DNA of 64,000 nucleotides from Albugo candida (Eukaryota): NCBI GenBank assembly GCA_040437565.1, contig JBDOQK010000032.1, positions 186,001 to 250,000 of the forward strand, read 5' to 3'. Shown piece by piece: positions 62,101 to 64,000 of this stretch (position 1 is its first letter; each line of letters starts with the position of its first letter). The notes under the pieces were generated by a model. It saw only the letters and a program-made list of their open reading frames with translations, ran no database searches and was not told where the DNA came from. The position numbers and the translations under genes were made by a program.

Positions 62101-63330
62101 CATCTCGAACGAGTGCCAAATTCAGCAATGATTCTTGCACAAAAGTATCCCATATTCGCCATTCTGGATAGATATGATTGGCAACATCACATTCCATATA
62201 ACTCGCAAATCCCTCATTTAGCCATAGTCCAGTCCACCAGTCCATTGTCACAAGATTTCCAAACCATTGATGCGATAATTCGTGACATACGACTCTTGCA
62301 GAGAGAACTTTTTGTGATTTTGTAGCGTGTTCCTCCTCTAAGAGTACGTATTGCCCATACGTAACAAGTCCCCAGTTTTCCATGGCACCCACAAAATCTG
62401 GAAGCACAATGTTATCAAGTTTGTGGAGAGGATAAGGAATATCGAACATATTTGATAGATATGTGAGAGCTTTTAGGCCAGTTTTCAGCGCAAAACGACC
62501 TTTATCGATATATCCGGGAGTGGTATAAACGCTCATCAGCACGCCCTCAGAGGTCACGTCACTGATAACGTCAAATTCGCCCACGACAATCGCAACAAGA
62601 TATGTGGACATTGGCGGTGTTTCAGCGAAACGCCATACTTTTTTTTCCTTGCTTATAGATTGAGTATTTTCGTAAATAGTTGCATTCTGTTTGGGGCGCC
62701 GAATTGTCTGCAAAACGTGCATGTTACTCAAAACAGTGAGATTCGGGTCGCTCGCGACTGATATTTGAAATGTGGCTTTGAAGGATGGTTCATCCCAACA
62801 AGGAAACGCACGCCGGGCATCACAAGCCTCAAACTGAGTTGCAGCTAAAAGACGTTTTTCACCTTGGTGAGAGTACTCACTGAAGAAAAAGCCACGAAGC
62901 TGTTCACTCAATGATCCATGAAAATTGAGTGTCAAGGTGAGTTGAGAGTGAGCTTTGATTGACTTGGACAGTTTTAAAGTCACAGTTTCGTTTTCCAAGT
63001 GATGAGTGAATTCCTCAACTTTGACTTGTTCACTTTCGGCTTGATCAATGATTTTTAGTGAAAACTGAAATAAGTAGAGATTTGCAGCATGAAAAGTGAT
63101 GCTGTCGATCGCTTCGTGCTGCACAGTCAAGTCAATCTCTTCAAAACCTTCAAACCGGCGGTTTATGAGATCGATGACATGATAATCAATTCGATACTAC
63201 AAAATATGTACTTTGAGAAGATGAAACGCGTACCACACATAGGGGAACTAAATACCTTTGACGGTAAGACACATTCAGGGAGTCGCAGTATTCCATTTTC
63301 GGATGTTGATGTTTTTTGCGCGCCGCACAT
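59102..63330 (-). CDS. M1 family (puromycin-sensitive-like) aminopeptidase
   Basis: Exon 1 (63330-63256, ..LRLPECVLPSK), intron 63255-63197, then TQFEACDARRAFPCWDEP, GAMENWG, HELSH-x18-E and YDKG. The segment 60245-61557 is repeated at 61658-62970 across the N gap (artefact). Confidence 0.93.
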
Positions 63331-64000
63331 TGAATAAAGAGATGATTTGTCGATATCTTTTAAAAAGCACCAATAGCTGCTTAGCAGCCATGTTTTCAAG
63401 TATTCGAGAAAACCGTTGCGGGTAGACACTTACGAGAAACAGCTCCAAATTCCGTGAGACATTTTGTTTCGCAAAGATTTTATGATAGCAAGTCAAAAAA
63501 AGTGACTAGGAAACTGAGTTTGCAATCACTGACTTTGAGACTAAGATTCGGAAGGAAAACGGGAAGATGTATAGTGTTTCATCTTNNNNNNNNNNNNNNN
63601 NNNNNNNNNNNNNNNNNNNNNNNNNNNNNNNNNNNNNNNNNNNNNNNNNNNNNNNNNNNNNNNNNNNNNNNNNNNNNNNNNNNNNTGAGATCGATGACAT
63701 GATAATCAATTCGATACTACAAAATATGTACTTTGAGAAGATGAAACGCGTACCACACATAGGGGAACTAAATACCTTTGACGGTAAGACACATTCAGGG
63801 AGTCGCAGTATTCCATTTTCGGATGTTGATGTTTTTTGCGCGCCGCACATTGAATAAAGAGATGATTTGTCGATATCTTTTAAAAAGCACCAATAGCTGC
63901 TTAGCAGCCATGTTTTCAAGTATTCGAGAAAACCGTTGCGGGTAGACACTTACGAGAAACAGCTCCAAATTCCGTGAGACATTTTGTTTCGCAAAGATTT

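Larger units (their letters stand above)
11213..63685. other. Eleven 100-N scaffold gaps, each flanked by a direct duplication
   Basis: Gaps at 11213, 13742, 16124, 17766, 21509, 36212, 44679, 52137, 58239, 61558 and 63586. In each case the sequence after the gap restarts inside the sequence before it. Confidence 0.92.

Noticed and set aside
59102-63130. 1342-aa aminopeptidase with two catalytic domains
   Set aside because: The two domains are the same sequence repeated across a 100-N gap, so this is an assembly overlap.

Overview
Eukaryotic, gene-dense genomic DNA with very short (48-66 nt) spliceosomal introns, most likely from an oomycete of the genus Albugo. This is inferred from the stramenopile-type myosin, very tight gene spacing and a CxxCxxxxxG 'CCG' effector candidate. 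About 19 intact genes can be supported: RING-H2 protein, ankyrin/PH/C2 myosin, SET methyltransferase, Y14, a large Cys-rich/Gly-repeat type I membrane protein, ankyrin protein, STI1-domain protein, prefoldin 6, CDK5RAP1/MiaB, CCG effector candidate, hotdog thioesterase, porphobilinogen deaminase, PH-CaMK, P5B ATPase, PP2C, Mrr/RRG7-like nuclease-fold protein, M1 aminopeptidase and several hypotheticals. A gene-sparse block at about 32-46 kb holds the effector candidate with five Cys modules, a 107-bp hAT-type MITE with an 8-bp TSD, a decayed RTE-like LINE, and pseudogene fragments of CK2-beta and complex I PSST. All eleven 100-N gaps are flanked by apparently identical direct duplications. These are best read as unmerged contig overlaps, so the apparent tandem gene copies are assembly artefacts.
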